This document shows positions 26,681-40,995 of a DNA stretch of 64,000 nucleotides, one piece after another (the stretch's first letter is position 1; each line of letters opens with the position of its first letter). This DNA comes from the human T2T-CHM13v2.0 reference genome, Homo sapiens. The notes under the pieces are model-generated. The model did no database searches. It saw nothing but the letters and a program-made list of their open reading frames with translations, and was not told the DNA's origin. The DNA lies in the NCBI RefSeq assembly GCF_009914755.1, contig NC_060925.1, one strand, 5' to 3'. The position numbers and the translations under genes are program-made.

Positions 26681-26962
26681 TTGTTTTTGTTTATTCCTTT
26701 TAAGACAGGGAGGGTCACACTCCCCAGCCTGAGTGCAGTGGCAGGATGATCACAGCTCACTGCATCCTCCACCTGCTGGGCTCGAGCAGTCCTCCTGCCT
26801 CAGCCTCCCAAGTAGCTAGGATTACACAGACATGCCATTATATCTTGCTTTTTAAATTTTTTGTAGAGACAGGGTCTTGCTACATTGCTCAGGTTGGTTT
26901 CAAACTCCTGTCTAAGCCTCCCAAAGTGTTGGGATTATAGGCATGAGCCACCACACCTGGCC
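26681..26962 (-). mobile_element. AluJ with TSD
   Basis: GATCACAGCTCACTGC, GGGCTCGAGCAGTCCTCC, AGGGTCTTGCTAC; flanks CCCACTAAACTAGTTCTT / CCCACTGAACTATTTCTT. Confidence 0.92.
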
Positions 26963-27084
26963 CCACTGAACTATTTCTTGATGCCACTGTTGTTTCTTCC
27001 AGAACTCTAAAATTCTGCCACTCTCTGTTCTCTGGGACACAATCTGCTCCCCTGGTGTGATGAGTGAACTCAGAATTGTGGTGA

Positions 27085-27265
<181 letters not shown>

Positions 27266-29488
27266 TCTTATTGGGCCTGTGCACACCATTGAAGTGGAGG
27301 CAGAGGAAAGTTGGCAAAATAGAGATGAGAGGCCAAAAGGTTCACCAGAACAACTCAGGAGATCTGAGTCTGAAATCGGAAACTAGAGACCACTGATAGG
27401 ATTTCCTAGGTGGTACTAAAAGGCCAAACTGTCTAAACTGGATTTAAGACAAAAATGAGAAACACTTTTGCATGATTGTTGCAGATTTCTAAGGCCCTAT
27501 TATGTTCCTAACACTTTGCTCAGTGGGTGAGTATGATCTTCACCAGGGTAATGGTTGTAGGGAATGGAGGGATCACATGGTGAAGGTCACATGGAAAGGA
27601 AGCAGCAGATGGAACCACAGACTCTAAAGCTCAGCAATGACTTCTTCACTGTTATTTCTCTTTCAGCCATAACCATATGACATTTTAAAGTATAATGAAA
27701 CATGCTAATATTCTCACCTAAATTATCTTACATTTTATTATATTTTAAGTACATTTACATTTATTTCCACTATAGAATTTTTTTTCTTAATAGTTAAGAA
27801 AGATTTACTCTATAAAAGTATAGCTGTAGTACTGGGATGTAAAACGTACATCTTATCTAGAAATCTTGATTTTTTTTCATACACACACACACTCAAGTAA
27901 AGCTAGCCCAGTGTTTGATTTGAAGCCCACATCCAGCTGAAAGTGGGGTTACACTTTATAAACTAATAAAGAGCAAGATTCTGCTTTGACTTGGTAAAAC
28001 ATTAAATAGGATGTGGGCATATGCCCACTGACATCTCTCTGCTTTATCTTGGTGTGCTGACCCTGGTGGCGTTCACTTCTATATTTTACTTTGATACACC
28101 ACAGCTTATCATATGATCTCCTTCTTGTAGATTATCCTCATGATATGGAGCATAGTGAATACCATGGTTACTGTGAGTTTGGCAGGGCTATTGTGCGATT
28201 ATTTTTGAGATTTGGGAGGCTTTCATGGACTACAAAAAGATTTAAGAGCTCTATCTGTTACAGGAGCTAATGCTTACCTTTATGAAGGTGTGAATCCCTT
28301 GTAAAGAACATCGAGGCTTTCTGATAAGTGTGCATCTAAAAAGAAGGTAATTCTTTTTCAGTATATACTATTTTTCAGTAGTGATGTGCTGCTGAAACCT
28401 ATTTTGTAATTCTCATATAACACAAGCAAAAAGTTGCCCAAATGTGCACCAGTCATTAAAAAATAGAAAACTAAATCAAGGTATCTCAGGGACTCTAGAA
28501 ACAAATAATATTTAATGTGGAATCAAGGCACAGTGCAAACTGGTTTCCTTCATGAACATAATAATTCCCCTCCTGAGCAGTTGTGTAAGTTGGGCCTAGC
28601 TTCATATCCAATTTCTTAAATAGTTGCAGCAGCATCTTCTCTTGGCATACTTAGTGTGAAAATCTGCAGGCTCAGATCAGTTAGTGGCAGAAACTGAAAA
28701 GGCACACTGTGCTTTGGGTTGGCCAGAGATTCCTCTGAAGGTCTTTGAATATTGGTCAGTAAAAATACTTTGAAACATGGTCCTTAGGTTTGTATCCGAT
28801 TAGAACCCCTGGAATATCCCAGGTGGTCATGTCAAGATAGTAACCATCTCCTGACACCTAAATCTGAATCGCTCTGCTGACAATTATAGTAATAACACTA
28901 TCATATCATAGCTTTTATATTTAGTTACTCATGGGAAAATGTGAATGCAATTGGGGGGAAATAAGTAATATTGGAATTCGTGATATTTCCTGCGGACAGT
29001 AACAATGAGGGGCTGGAGTCAGGGCTTTGGACTGCTAGTGGACAATACCAGGACAATGGACACGTGGAACTAGATAAGAACAATGAGAGGAGAATTGAAA
29101 TAGGGTCAAAGAAGGGTGAGAAAGCATTTATTGGATAAATCCTGATAAATTGTTAGTTTTTCTTGGAATAATGGAGAAAGCAATCAACCAATCTACTACA
29201 AAAAACTGATCTTTAAGATCAAGATACCAGTTATTAAAGCTCCATTAAGTTTAAGACTTGTTGGTTGATCATGATCTATTATGGTCATTGCATATCATTA
29301 TGCCTGGGGTCTTTGTACCTGAGTGGTGAAGACTGGCCATGTCTGGAACACAGAGAGGGTAAGGTGGGGAGCAATAGGTTATCATCATGCCTTTTATTAG
29401 GGCTTGGCACCATGTTTTTAGATTTTAGGAAATAATTGGTGTGCAAAGAAGATGGTCGATATCAGGAAGTGTAAAAACCTCTCTATAT

Positions 29489-29791
<303 letters not shown>

Positions 29792-29911
29792 CTATAGGGA
29801 CATTAATTTAGAGACCTGAGCCTGATAAATTTACATATAAGCCAAACTGTAGAAGGTGGTTCTTGAAAATGAGTCACACACACACACAAAATGTGAGAAA
29901 AGAAGTCAAGA

Positions 29912-30035
29912 GGCCAGGTGCAGTGGCTCATGCCTATAATCCCAGCCCTTTGGGTGGCTGAGGCCGATGGAGCACCTGAGCCCAGGAGTTCAAGACCAGC
30001 TTGGGCAACTTAGTAAGACCCTGCTGCTAAAAATA
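29912..30035 (+). mobile_element. Free left Alu monomer (FLAM/AluJ-type)
   Basis: GGCCAGGTGCAGTGGCTC...GAGCCCAGGAGTTCAAGACCAGCTTGGGCAAC. Confidence 0.88.
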
Positions 30036-31717
30036 TTTATTATTTTTTAATTAAAATAGACAAGAGACCAGAAAATGCAGGTAGGAAACTAGGCTGCTGG
30101 TCTTAGACAATATGCATGTATCTCATATAGGAGAAATGGTAGAATTAAGGGCAGGGCCAACTCTACATTCAGGTGTTAAGTTGTTCCAATTTGGAAGTTG
30201 GAGGACTATAAAGTATATTTATCATTAAAGTGATGTTTTCTTTGGTCTCTCTTAGTCAAAGCATTACTCGACATTTATCAAATGAATTATTTTTGTCAGA
30301 GAACAGGTCTGAGTGCTCTGTTGTTCTTCAGCCAATTAACAAATGTATCCTTTGTAATAGAGCTAAAATAGTACAACCCCAGAATTGAACCTTATTAAAT
30401 ACATTCTTAATCTTTGTTTGGAAACCTGCAATATTAGCCTAAATGTCTCCATAGTTAAACTCCATAAACAGTTTGGTCTTCCTGGAATGACTGAATTGAC
30501 ATTTACACTTTGTTTGTAAGGCAGACATTACTCTGGGTGGTGTATCATTTTGACAGTCTTTTGATTACTTAGTGCTCTTAGTGTTGACAGTTAAATTCAT
30601 AAACCAGCAGATTGAGGGCAGAAATGGAAAAATAAGCTAAAAATGGAGTCTCCTCATAGTGATTATTAACTAATGGAGGGATTGTAAAATTCTAAAACTA
30701 TTGGCTATGATTTAAGGTACGCATCATTATTTGCTGATGAATAGATCTGAAGTGGAAAAAATGGGAAGGCACGCTTATAATTGGAAAAGTTATTAGAACT
30801 GCTGGTTTCTGGTTAAGTTAACCAAAAGTGAGACAAAAGAAAAAGGCAAACAATAACACAGTCATTACCTAAATTGGAGCTCGTTTGCATGCTTTTCTGT
30901 GCCATTCTAAGTAAGGTCTTAGACTATTGTACCTTTCATCAGTATCTACTAAGATGTTTTAATATCTTTTGTCCCTATAAAAGGTCAGAGGGTGAGGTGA
31001 CATTTCCATTGCTTCATTTCTCATACAGAAATTCCAATATTTGTCTACATTTGAAAAGAATTGCATCTGCAAATTTAGGGTGTAGGAATTAACAGATCTA
31101 TAGTTCACATATCTGTCTGCAAACCAAGAGACTGACTTTGTTCATATGTAGGAGAGGGGTGGACAAAACCAACTGTTAGCACATTTTGGAAAGGTCCATG
31201 GACATAGACAATGTAAATGTTAACTCATTTCTGACCTGTGATAAAATAAGGCACTGAAGATTCTTTCAAATAAGCCCTTGGAGGAGACTGGGAAAGGCTT
31301 TTGCCAATTTTTTATAGTTGTAGCTACTAATTATAAGTGAAACAAAATTCTGCTTCAAACCTGCTGTGACCAATTTGTTATAAAGCTGTTTGTGTGTGTA
31401 AGAATCCATACACTTCTTATCAGCTGAACTATTGCCTCACTTTTCCAAGCACAGATGTGAAGTATTTAAAAGTCTTTGATAGCAAATATATGTTTAAGAG
31501 ACATTAAAATAAAATTCCAAATACATGATTTATGTTTTAAGCATTCAGTATTATTTGATTTTCATTTATACCTAGAAAGGAGATAGACCACATACTAATT
31601 TTCAAAATGTACATAATATGTATCTCTTCTCAAATGCTTCAGTTCCACAGCAGGGTTCAGCGTCAGGAGGTTGTCTAATATTGTTTGTCATTAAAGACAG
31701 TTTAAATATACGTTAGG

Positions 31718-31977
31718 TTTTTTTTTTTGAGATAGTTTTAATTCTCGGCTCACTGCAGCCTCTGCTTCCTGGGTTCAAGCAATTCTTGTGCCTCAGCCTC
31801 CTGAGTAGCTGGGATTACAGGCACCTGTCACCACGCCCAGCTGATTTTTTGTATTTTAGTAGAGATGGGGTTTTACCAGGTTGGCCAGGCTGGTCTTGAA
31901 CCCCTGAGCTCAGGCAATCCACCCGTCTCAGCCTCCCAAAATGTTAGGATTACAGGCGTGAGCCGCTGCACCCGGCC
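31718..31977 (-). mobile_element. AluS with a deletion near its 3' end
   Basis: Antisense dimer; flanks AAATATACGTTAG / AAATACATGTTAG. Confidence 0.95.
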
Positions 31978-33221
31978 AAAATACATGTTAGTTCTTGATG
32001 CATGCATAGGTAGAGAAAACCCTTTTTTTTTTTTCTTTAAGAGTTTAAAAATTTTCAGGGTGAAAGATGTGAACTGTCTCTGGAAGCCAGTGTGTGAGGC
32101 CAGAAGCAGTGATATTTCTTTATCCTGCCCATGGGAATTTCAAGCGTAAGTGGGGAATTTGGATCAGACTCTTTGAGGTTGTTCTGAGAGTGCGTATTTT
32201 CACTATTTTGTTCTGACTGGAGAAGAGAAAAATATAAGCAGGGAATTTTTAAAAGTTGATTAATCTGATGACCCAGGTCTTATTTTGAGTTTACAAGGGA
32301 CCCAGAAGTGGCAGATACTCAAGCATTTTCACACAGTCAACAGATACAAGAGGAGAAACAAAATGCTCATTTCACACTAGGAGCTCAAGTAGCGTCTTTT
32401 CTGGTGAATTCTCCGTGTGGAGTGAATTTCTCTGTCTGGCAGTGGATACATTAGTTGTTCCTGTGCGCGAGCCCTTGTGTTATGGGGTAGAAGGAACAAT
32501 GACTGTAGTTTAATCAAGTCTGACGTCTTAATAAATGGACTGACAAATAAGGATAAAATACCAATTTTAATTTAATAGAGCCACCTATCCTTAACGTTTT
32601 TATTTGGCTGTGCCATGTATTTATTACTGCTTGATGGTTTTATGTATTTAATTTATAGTGAGATAACAAAGCTTATTTTATTTCATTTAATAGTGAATTA
32701 CAAAAGTCTGAGGTAATTGTTCTCACATAAAAATATTTGAAGTGAATTTACAATATTTGTCTTTGCTCATGTGTGATTACAGTTTTTGGTGTTCACAGAG
32801 GATGAAAGTCATTTATGGGCAGTTGTGTGTTTGAGGAATAATCTGATGATTGTATAATTTGTCTTTCGTCATAGAGTCTCCTGATATGGTATTAAAATGA
32901 GAATTTCCTATTCAAGTTTCCTACTGTTTGCGAAGGGAAGCTTCTCTTTGTAATGTCACGAATGCAAAATTGATATCAATTTCTCTAAATAAATAATTAT
33001 GAGAACATCAAATCTAGAAAAAAAAACTTCCAGTAACCTCCATTTATGTAAGCACAAATGAAGTTGAAACTGCAGAGATCACATCAAAGTGTCTGTGAAG
33101 AAAAACTGCTGCTAGGATAAGATTTTTCCGGCTGTTTAAGGTGCCTGTGACATGGAAAGCTGGAAATAATAAATCCAGACTATTTTGTTGGAAAGTGCTT
33201 ACTTTAATGAAGAATCTGAAG

Positions 33222-33356
33222 AAACGCTTAGGAAAAGAAAATCTTAAGGGAAATACTTTTCTTCTTTTAGCATTAGTCGGTATAATATAAACGCTTAGGA
33301 GAAGAAAATCTTAAGAGAAATACTTTTCTTCATTTTAGCATTAGTCAGTATAATAT
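33222..33356. repeat. Two-copy tandem duplication (67 + 68 bp)
   Basis: AAACGCTTAGGA...TAGCATTAGTC(G/A)GTATAATAT twice; 3 substitutions and 1 indel. Confidence 0.95.
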
Positions 33357-33879
33357 TTTAACTCCTTGAAGGGTAGATATATCCAAAATTAGTTGAGTGA
33401 AACTTCACTCATCAGAGAAAATTGGAGAAACAGTAGAAGAGAATTGAAATCCACATTGGAGTCTTCCTTCACCCAATTATTTTACTTTGGCTCTTTTGTG
33501 TGAAATATGTGTTTCAGATTTTATAGTTTTCAAAATCCATCTATATTTATTGTCTTAATGCTTACCAAAAAAGTAGGCTGTGAGGTGTCTGCTCTTAGTA
33601 ATTGCAGTCACAATTTTTGAGTACTGGGAGTCAGGCACCAGGCTCAGCATGTTGTGTGCCATCTCTGGGCCTTTCAAGAATCTCTCAGCTTCGTTTTAAG
33701 GACCCTGCCTTAGTCATGAGGAAAACGCCCGAGGCTGGCTGTGGGTCTTTGTTCAGGAGTCACGGAATTAGTCTGCACCAGACAAAATACAAAAGTCCAT
33801 CCTATTCTATTTTAACTGTCTCCATATATTTTAAGTTGCTTCCTCTTGTACAATAAGATCTTAAAGTGTTAAAGAACAC

Positions 33880-34720
33880 ACATATTCTACTGAGTTACCA
33901 TAGGTCACACAAAGATAAACAACACATTTTACAATATAGTAGGAGAAGCAGACATTTCATACACAACTGTAATAAAAAGAATGTTTTGAATGGAGGAGTA
34001 TATACAATACTAGGGATTTATTAAAGAGGAAGCAATTAATTTGTGCTGGAGGGAATAAGAGAGACCATTTGAGGCCCTGCCTGGTGAGCTGGGACCTGAG
34101 GGGTGAATAGGACTTTGTCAAGGAGAGAAGTCAAGTATGATGAATTCAAAGGAAGGTATAAGACTGGAAGGGAACCTGGGGAGGGGAATGTGGAAATCCA
34201 CTAGATGATACAATCAGAATTATATTAGGTCAGTGCAAAAGTAATTGAAAGTAATGGCAAACACCGCGATTACTTTTGCACCAATCTAATAACTAACAAA
34301 CAGATACAAAATATACGAGATGAAGACAAAAAAATTAAAAAGACCAGAGAATATTGTATGTTTCTTAGTGGCCCAGAAGAATGGGATGAACTAAGAGGTG
34401 GGATTAGAAAAGGAAGAGTGTCTCCCTAAAATAGAGAGGTTGGATTTGTTGATTATTTACCCATAGGGGCGGAGATAGTAAAAGAAAGAGCAAAGATGTC
34501 ACTGAGGTCTCTGGCAGTAAAGACAAGAAGAGAGGAGGATCAGCAGATCAACAGGTGGTAGATGATGGTTTCCTTGTGTGCAGTGGGCCACTGGATTTGG
34601 CAACAATGAGGTTATTGGTGTGGGAGGAATTATCTTAATGAATGATAATCCAATTGTAATGTTGAAGAATATGTGAAACTTGAGGAATTTGAACCATGCA
34701 CATGTGGAATACTTTGTTGT
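33880..34720 (-). mobile_element. Diverged L2 fragments
   Basis: GAGCTGGGACCTGAGGGGTGAATAGGACTTTG; CACTGGATTTGGCAACAATGAGGTTATTGGTG. Confidence 0.5.
34225..34289. mobile_element. MADE1 (Hsmar1-derived MITE) with a 15-bp internal deletion
   Basis: TTAGGTCAGTGCAAAAGTAATTG...CCGCGATTACTTTTGCACCAATCTAA flanked by TA at 34223-34224 and 34290-34291. Confidence 0.93.
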
Positions 34721-35513
34721 CTTCCAAATTGTGTCTAACTTGGCAGAGGAGAAAGAATGAATACATGGGCAATGCTAGCTGGTCTAATAATGATGTTGAT
34801 GAGAATGGCTAGGAGTGATTGAGCTCATACCAGGAGCCAGGTGTTACCTGAGTATTTTCCCACTTACCTTCTTAGCACCCTCATGATTTTCTTTCTAATG
34901 ATGAAGGGAAAATATATATGGAACTTAACAGAGAGTGATCAGCCGTGTGGCAGAGAAGTTTCAGGACTCAGGCATCTGGGCTTGGGGTGAGAAAATGGAT
35001 TCACAGTAGGAGCTGGAATGGAAACAGGACGGCATTAATGTTTCATAGCACTTTGTACATGCCTCTGTTGCGGGTGGACTGTGTAGCCACTGTCTAAGAT
35101 GTGGTGTGGAGGTAGAAGTTTGACAATTATCTTCCAATGCTCCTTCATTAGAAAAGGAGACTTTAGAAGGTGGATTTCTCTTTCCAGGATTGTTGTAGGA
35201 ATGTGGTTAACGATAGAAAATTTAATTCACCAAGAAACTAATGTTTATAAAAGTGGTTAGAGCCCTGTTTCAAGAATAGTGCTTAATAAGAAGTGAAATA
35301 GTATTAGCTCTTATTATTACTATCATCATCCATCCATTGAGCCAGTTAATATGAATGCTATCTACTCAGCAGGGGTGAATCCAGAGATAAAAGACATAGA
35401 ATTTGCCATGAAGTATAGTATAATGGGAAATGGAGGCAAAGCTGCCAACTCAGAGGGTACTGACCCATTTAAGAAGAGATTGAATGAATTATGACATCTT
35501 GAATGGTGTGCAC

Positions 35514-35805
35514 TTTTTTTTTTTTTGAGACAGAGTCTCGCTCTGTCACCCAGGCTGCAGTGCAGTCACGCAATCTCGGCTCACTGCAGCCTCTGCCTCC
35601 CGGGTTCAAGCAATTCTCCTGCCTCAGCCTCTGAGTAGCTGGAACTACAGGTGTGCACCACCACACCCGGCTAATTTTTGTATTTTTAGTAGAGATGGGG
35701 TTTCACCATGTTGGCCAGGATGGTCTTGATCTCCTGACCTCGTGATCCGCCCGCCTTGGCCTCCCAAAGTGTTGCAATTACAGGCGTGAGCCACCATGCC
35801 TGGCC
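35514..35805 (-). mobile_element. AluSc-like with TSD
   Basis: TSD GTGTGCACTTT; GGCCAGGATGGTCTTGATCTCCTGACCTCGTGATCC. Confidence 0.97.
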
Positions 35806-36039
35806 AGTGTGCACTTTCTAAACCTTCAAGACAGAAGAAATAACAAAGACAAACAGAGTTGAATGCATTAGTATTTACAATTCTCAAACTGAATAAGAAA
35901 TCAAATTAGGAGCCAAATAAGCTGTAAGTATGATTTATAGCAAACTATAGGAAACATATACTAAAGTTTTTAGTAGATAATGCTGTCATTTAATCTGCTA
36001 AGAAATCAGTAAGCACCTCATAGATTAGTGATCAATGTA

Positions 36040-36650
36040 TGTGATCATTTACTAAATAGTAATGAAAATGTCTAAAGGAAAACAAAAACACTACAACTTA
36101 GAAATGCAAATTAAATCCATCATGAGCTACCTTTTCACTTGGCAAATAAGACAGATTTTTTATATTTTCAGTGACTGTCGATTTCCAGTGAAATGGGTTG
36201 GCTCATGCATGATCAACAAGAATATAAATGGTGCAATCTGTTGAAAAAACAACTTGGCAATGTGAAAGTCTACATTTGAGGGCCTGTACTACTGAAATAA
36301 TATTAAGTATGATAAAGGCAATGTGCATTTTTATTTCAGCACTATTTGAAGTGGTGGAAAGTTGGTGCAATCAAAGTATCCATTTAGAAGTGGGGAGTGG
36401 TTAGGTAAACAGTGGTTCTAAGGGAACATTTAGAAGGATGTTAGTAATGTTTGTTTAGGAGCATGGAAATTACTCACAAAATATCATTAAAGAAATAAAG
36501 CAGGATCCAAAAACTATGTATTTAAAATAGTTAAAATAATGATATTCAGAATAAAAGGATTTTGTTGTTGTTAATGGCTATCTTTGAGTAACAGGGCTCT
36601 AAGCAATTTTTGTTTCTTTTGGTTTGTCAGTACTTTGCAAATATTATTTA
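36040..36650 (+). mobile_element. Old L1ME 3' region
   Basis: GAAATGCAAATTAAA, GAATATAAATGGTGCAATC, AACTTGGCAAT, TTGTTAATGGCTATCTTTGAGT. Confidence 0.65.
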
Positions 36651-37138
36651 ACTGGAATCTAATTCATGAGCATGTGTACGTGCAATCAATTTCATCACCA
36701 ACTCAACTTTGAGTAGCATTTTCAAATATTCACCAAAGTATTTCATCTTGGTTTTTTTCACAGTAATTTGTAAGATAGGGCTGGAAGTATATTTTTCTTT
36801 TAGAGATAACAAAACAGGGGTTCATGACAGCTCAATATTAAACATATTATTTTAGAAAAACATCATAAGAAACTTCATAAGAAAAAAAACGGAGGAAGAG
36901 AGGATTAAGTAAAGTCACCTTTACAAGTTAGTTTCTATGTATATTTTGGTACAATATCTCAAGAATGTGGGGAGAGAGAGAGAATGGCAGGAGGGAAAGT
37001 TCTGGAAGAAAATAAATTGCATGTTTTATTTTCTTCAAAAGCACTTGGGTACCAAGAAAACAAACAAAAATACCTAGCAGACCAGAAGCTTTTGGTTCAA
37101 GTAGGTAAGGAGAGCCATAAAATTAGAATACATTTATT

Positions 37139-37375
<237 letters not shown>

Positions 37376-37574
37376 ACATTTATTGAATTTATTGAGAAGG
37401 CATCATTGAAGTTGACATTATAAATTAGGATATTTTTCTCAGCATCCACATCCCTTTTAATATCTTCTTGTTTTTTGTCTGGGTTTGATATGTCATCATT
37501 CAATGTTAGATCCATCCCAGCCACGTTGCTGAGAATAAACCCAATCCAGCACTTTGTCCTCAACAAAACATGCA

Positions 37575-37760
37575 CTTCAGGTCAGACAGACATGGATTCC
37601 AGTCTGGGTTCTACCATTTCACGGTGACATAATGTTGGGCAAATTATTCAACCTCTTTCAGCCTCATTGTTCTCATGATTAAACTGAAGACCATAGCTTA
37701 TAAAATGATTTGAGGGGATTAAATGGGACAACACAGGAAAAGGCCTAGCACATAGTGATA
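37575..37760 (+). mobile_element. MIR
   Basis: GTCAGACAGACATGGATTCCAG...TTGGGCAAATTATTCAACCTCT...GGATTAAATG. Confidence 0.8.
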
Positions 37761-39305
37761 ACATGATAACAATGGCAACATTAATAGTAAGCAACATAAT
37801 ATATGCTGAATAAATGTTTCTTTTCTAAATCTTCCTCCATCAGGATATCCACTGTAGGTTCTGTAAGGGAGATGCAATATAAAATTCACTTTCTAGATTG
37901 GAGGAGTTTTAGTCACTGATTAGTCAAATTATTAACTTTAAAATGATTATATATAAAGTAGCATGTGCATATTAAATTATTAATATATTAGGTTGGAGTC
38001 TAGAATAGATTCCATTCAATAATTTTTCAGATTTAATGAATTATTGTGCGAAGTTATTGAGGAATGACATGTAATATTTATTATGAGGTTTGGGGAAAGA
38101 AAATTGATATTTTAAAACATGAACACTCTATCAAGTTTGTAATAGAGCTCTATTTTATCTCATATGAGAAAAGGTTCCCCAAGTTGTCTAAAAACTGAAA
38201 TAGTTTCTTATAAACATTTAAAATGATATAATAACAGATTTCTCTCCTCATGACTAAAATATTGCTGTAGGCTGTAGTTACAAGGCAATTTAAAAGGGGT
38301 GGAACTATTGATAATAATCATTACTATAAAGCACCCATTAGTATTTTTTGTTTGTTTGTTTGTTTTGTTTTGTTTTCAATCTTAAAATCAGGTGCAGCAT
38401 GAAAACAGAGACTAGACAATGAGCTAGATACAGAAACTTTAGACCAAAACTCTTCAAACATCAACATTAGGATTTGAGGACTTTTCTAGTTTTAGAATAC
38501 CGTGGTCTGAAAATCTTTAGTATCAAAAAGTATGAAGTTGTGGAATATCAGATTTTTTTCAACTACAGAATGAATACCTAGCCTCTATTTGATTTTAACA
38601 CAACGTCTCTGTTTATTGTAACCGTTTGTTACCATAAAAGTATAAACTGAAAGGTAGCAATGATGGGTGAGTGTAATATATTACATTAAATAAACTTGTC
38701 CTGTGAGCAGAACATGGAAAACTCTGTTTACATTACAGTAAGCTGTTTTCTGCTGCATTTACAATTCTGCTGTGCAAATAAATTAAGGGGACTTATGACA
38801 GCTCAATTTACTTTATCTGGTGAAACCCCAAAGACATTATTACTATAATTTTAGCATATTTAACTCAATGTAGGTATTTAGTAATGCAATAATCAAGCAA
38901 GTCTTTTTAAAGGAAAGTGGGTTTTAGCTGATCATTTCGAAAAAGAACAAAAGAAAATTACTATATAAAGACTGGAACAATACAATCCAACACACATTAA
39001 ACTTGCAAGGGAGGTGACTATGAAGGTCATTGTATGAGCTTGTAGGAGACTTTAAAAATGGAAGGGTGGGTACTATTTAGAAAATGATTTTTTATACTCT
39101 ATTCCACTAGTTGATCTAGATAGCAACTTTGATTTGGACCGAAAGTAAAACTGGTAGAGGGTGAAATTTGCAGATGGTTCCAAATTCTCTTGTATTAAGT
39201 AGAATAGATACTACTAAGATAATAGTTAATTACAGTATTTACTGTACTTAAAGCTGAGACCTAATTTTCTCAGCTTTCTATTTAGGATGAATTGTCACAT
39301 TCTGG

Positions 39306-39336
39306 TGTGTGTGTGTGTGTGTGTGCGTGTGTGTGT
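39306..39336. repeat. (TG)n microsatellite, interrupted
   Basis: Directly visible. Confidence 0.9.
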
Positions 39337-39769
39337 ATGCATGTTGTGGGTGTGTATAAAATTGTATCATAGAGGCAGTGTAACAAAGTGGAGTGGAAAG
39401 AGACATAGGTTTGGAAGAAGACCTAAATTCAAGTCCCTGCGTGTTAGGAAGGTGATCACTTCAGCAACGTGAATTACTGGGGGTTGAGTTCCGGCTTTCA
39501 AATTATGTTGTCTTAATTTAGAATTGTCTGGGTGCCCTGGACCAGCTAACAATATAGGAAGTAGACACCACTGCCTTAAGCATCTCATGGCTGTTTCTGC
39601 ACATAGTTGCCTTTGTCAAGAACACGTTTTGCACGTTGTTGCCTTTGTCGATTACATGTTTTGCCCTTCCTCCTCCCCGTGAGAGTCTTGTTACCCTTCT
39701 ATGCTCATTTCAAACATTCCTTCTGAAGTTTTCCTCCAAAGCATTTTTAGTTATCTTTTGTTTAAAAAA

Positions 39770-40310
39770 TATTATTGATTGTAAATGAAACTTAAGTACC
39801 TTGTGGAAAAATACACAAATACAAAGGTAAAAGTAAATATCAATCGTAACTGCTTGAATCAGGGATAAATATCATTAGCATTTTGCCATATTTCTTTCCA
39901 GTTTTATTTTCTGCAAATTCATATTTCCCCTCCAAAGAACAAACAATAGTAACAAAAAAACCAACTTAGGAATTTATTTGTATACTTTTATATTCTCTTT
40001 TAACATTAAATCATGTCCATTTGTTCATATCTTTATTCTTATAAAGCATGATTTTCAGATCTTCATAGTAGTTCATCCCAGATGTATAGCATAATTAATA
40101 GCTCCTCTTTTTTTTGGCCATTGGGGCTGCTTAAAATATTATAAGCAAAGCATGAAAACATTCTTATAAATTATTCTTGTCCGGATCTAATACTATTTGT
40201 GCAGGACAAATTCCTAGAAGAATTCCTGGGTACGTACATTTTTTATACTTTTGAAATATATTGCCAAATGGGCCCCTAGAGAAATTGCATCATTTTGCAC
40301 TTCTGCCAGC
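39770..40310 (-). mobile_element. Old L1ME 3' fragment
   Basis: GGACAAATTCCTAGAAG...TTGAAATATATTGCCAAAT...TTTTGCACTTCTGCCAGC. Confidence 0.65.
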
Positions 40311-40478
40311 TCTAGGCAGTAATGGCCATTTTCACTGTGGCTTTTCATGCAAGGGCAGGACTCATCACACATACATAACAATACATAAAATCACAATACA
40401 TAAAATCAGTGTTCAAGGAGCTGTATCAGTTTTAAATTTGAGCATCGTCTGTTATAGGCCCAATGAATGCCTAGTGAA

Positions 40479-40805
40479 GGCCAGGCATGGTGGCTTACAC
40501 CTGTAATGCCAGCACTTTGGGAGGCCATGACAGAAGAATCACTTGAGCCCAGGAGTTTAAGGCTGACACGAGCTATGATCATGCCATTGCACTCCAGCCT
40601 GGGCAACACAGCGAGACCCCTGTCTCTACAAATAATGTTAAAATCTTAGCCAGGTGTGGTGGCATGCATCTGTAGTCCTAGCAACTCAGGAAGCTGAGAT
40701 GGGAGGATTGCTTGAGCCCGGGGGTTGGAGGCTGCAGTGGGCTATGATCATGCCACTGGATGCCAGGCTGTCCCTAAAAACAAAAGAAAGAAATAAAATA
40801 ATAAT
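40479..40805 (+). mobile_element. AluJ-type dimer with atypical first monomer, TSD present
   Basis: TSD AATGCC(T/C)AGTGAA; J diagnostics GAGCCCAGGAG and GCTATGATCATGCCA. Confidence 0.92.
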
Positions 40806-40995
40806 AAATGCCCAGTGAACCAACCACACTATAGTAGTCTAAATTTGAAGTAAATTAAAAGAGCTTATCTTTTATAATTCTGTGGAATTAAACTTTTAAA
40901 TTTTATCAGACAATACCAAGCGTTATTGCCAAGAATTAGTATTTAGGCAAGAAGAGATGGATCAGGTCAAGAATATGGAGAGCTGACATCTCAGG

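Noticed and set aside
33222-33356. CRISPR-like interpretation of short direct repeats here and at 3334 and 21551
   Set aside because: Only 2-3 adjacent copies, no unique spacers, no cas genes, and the context is primate DNA.
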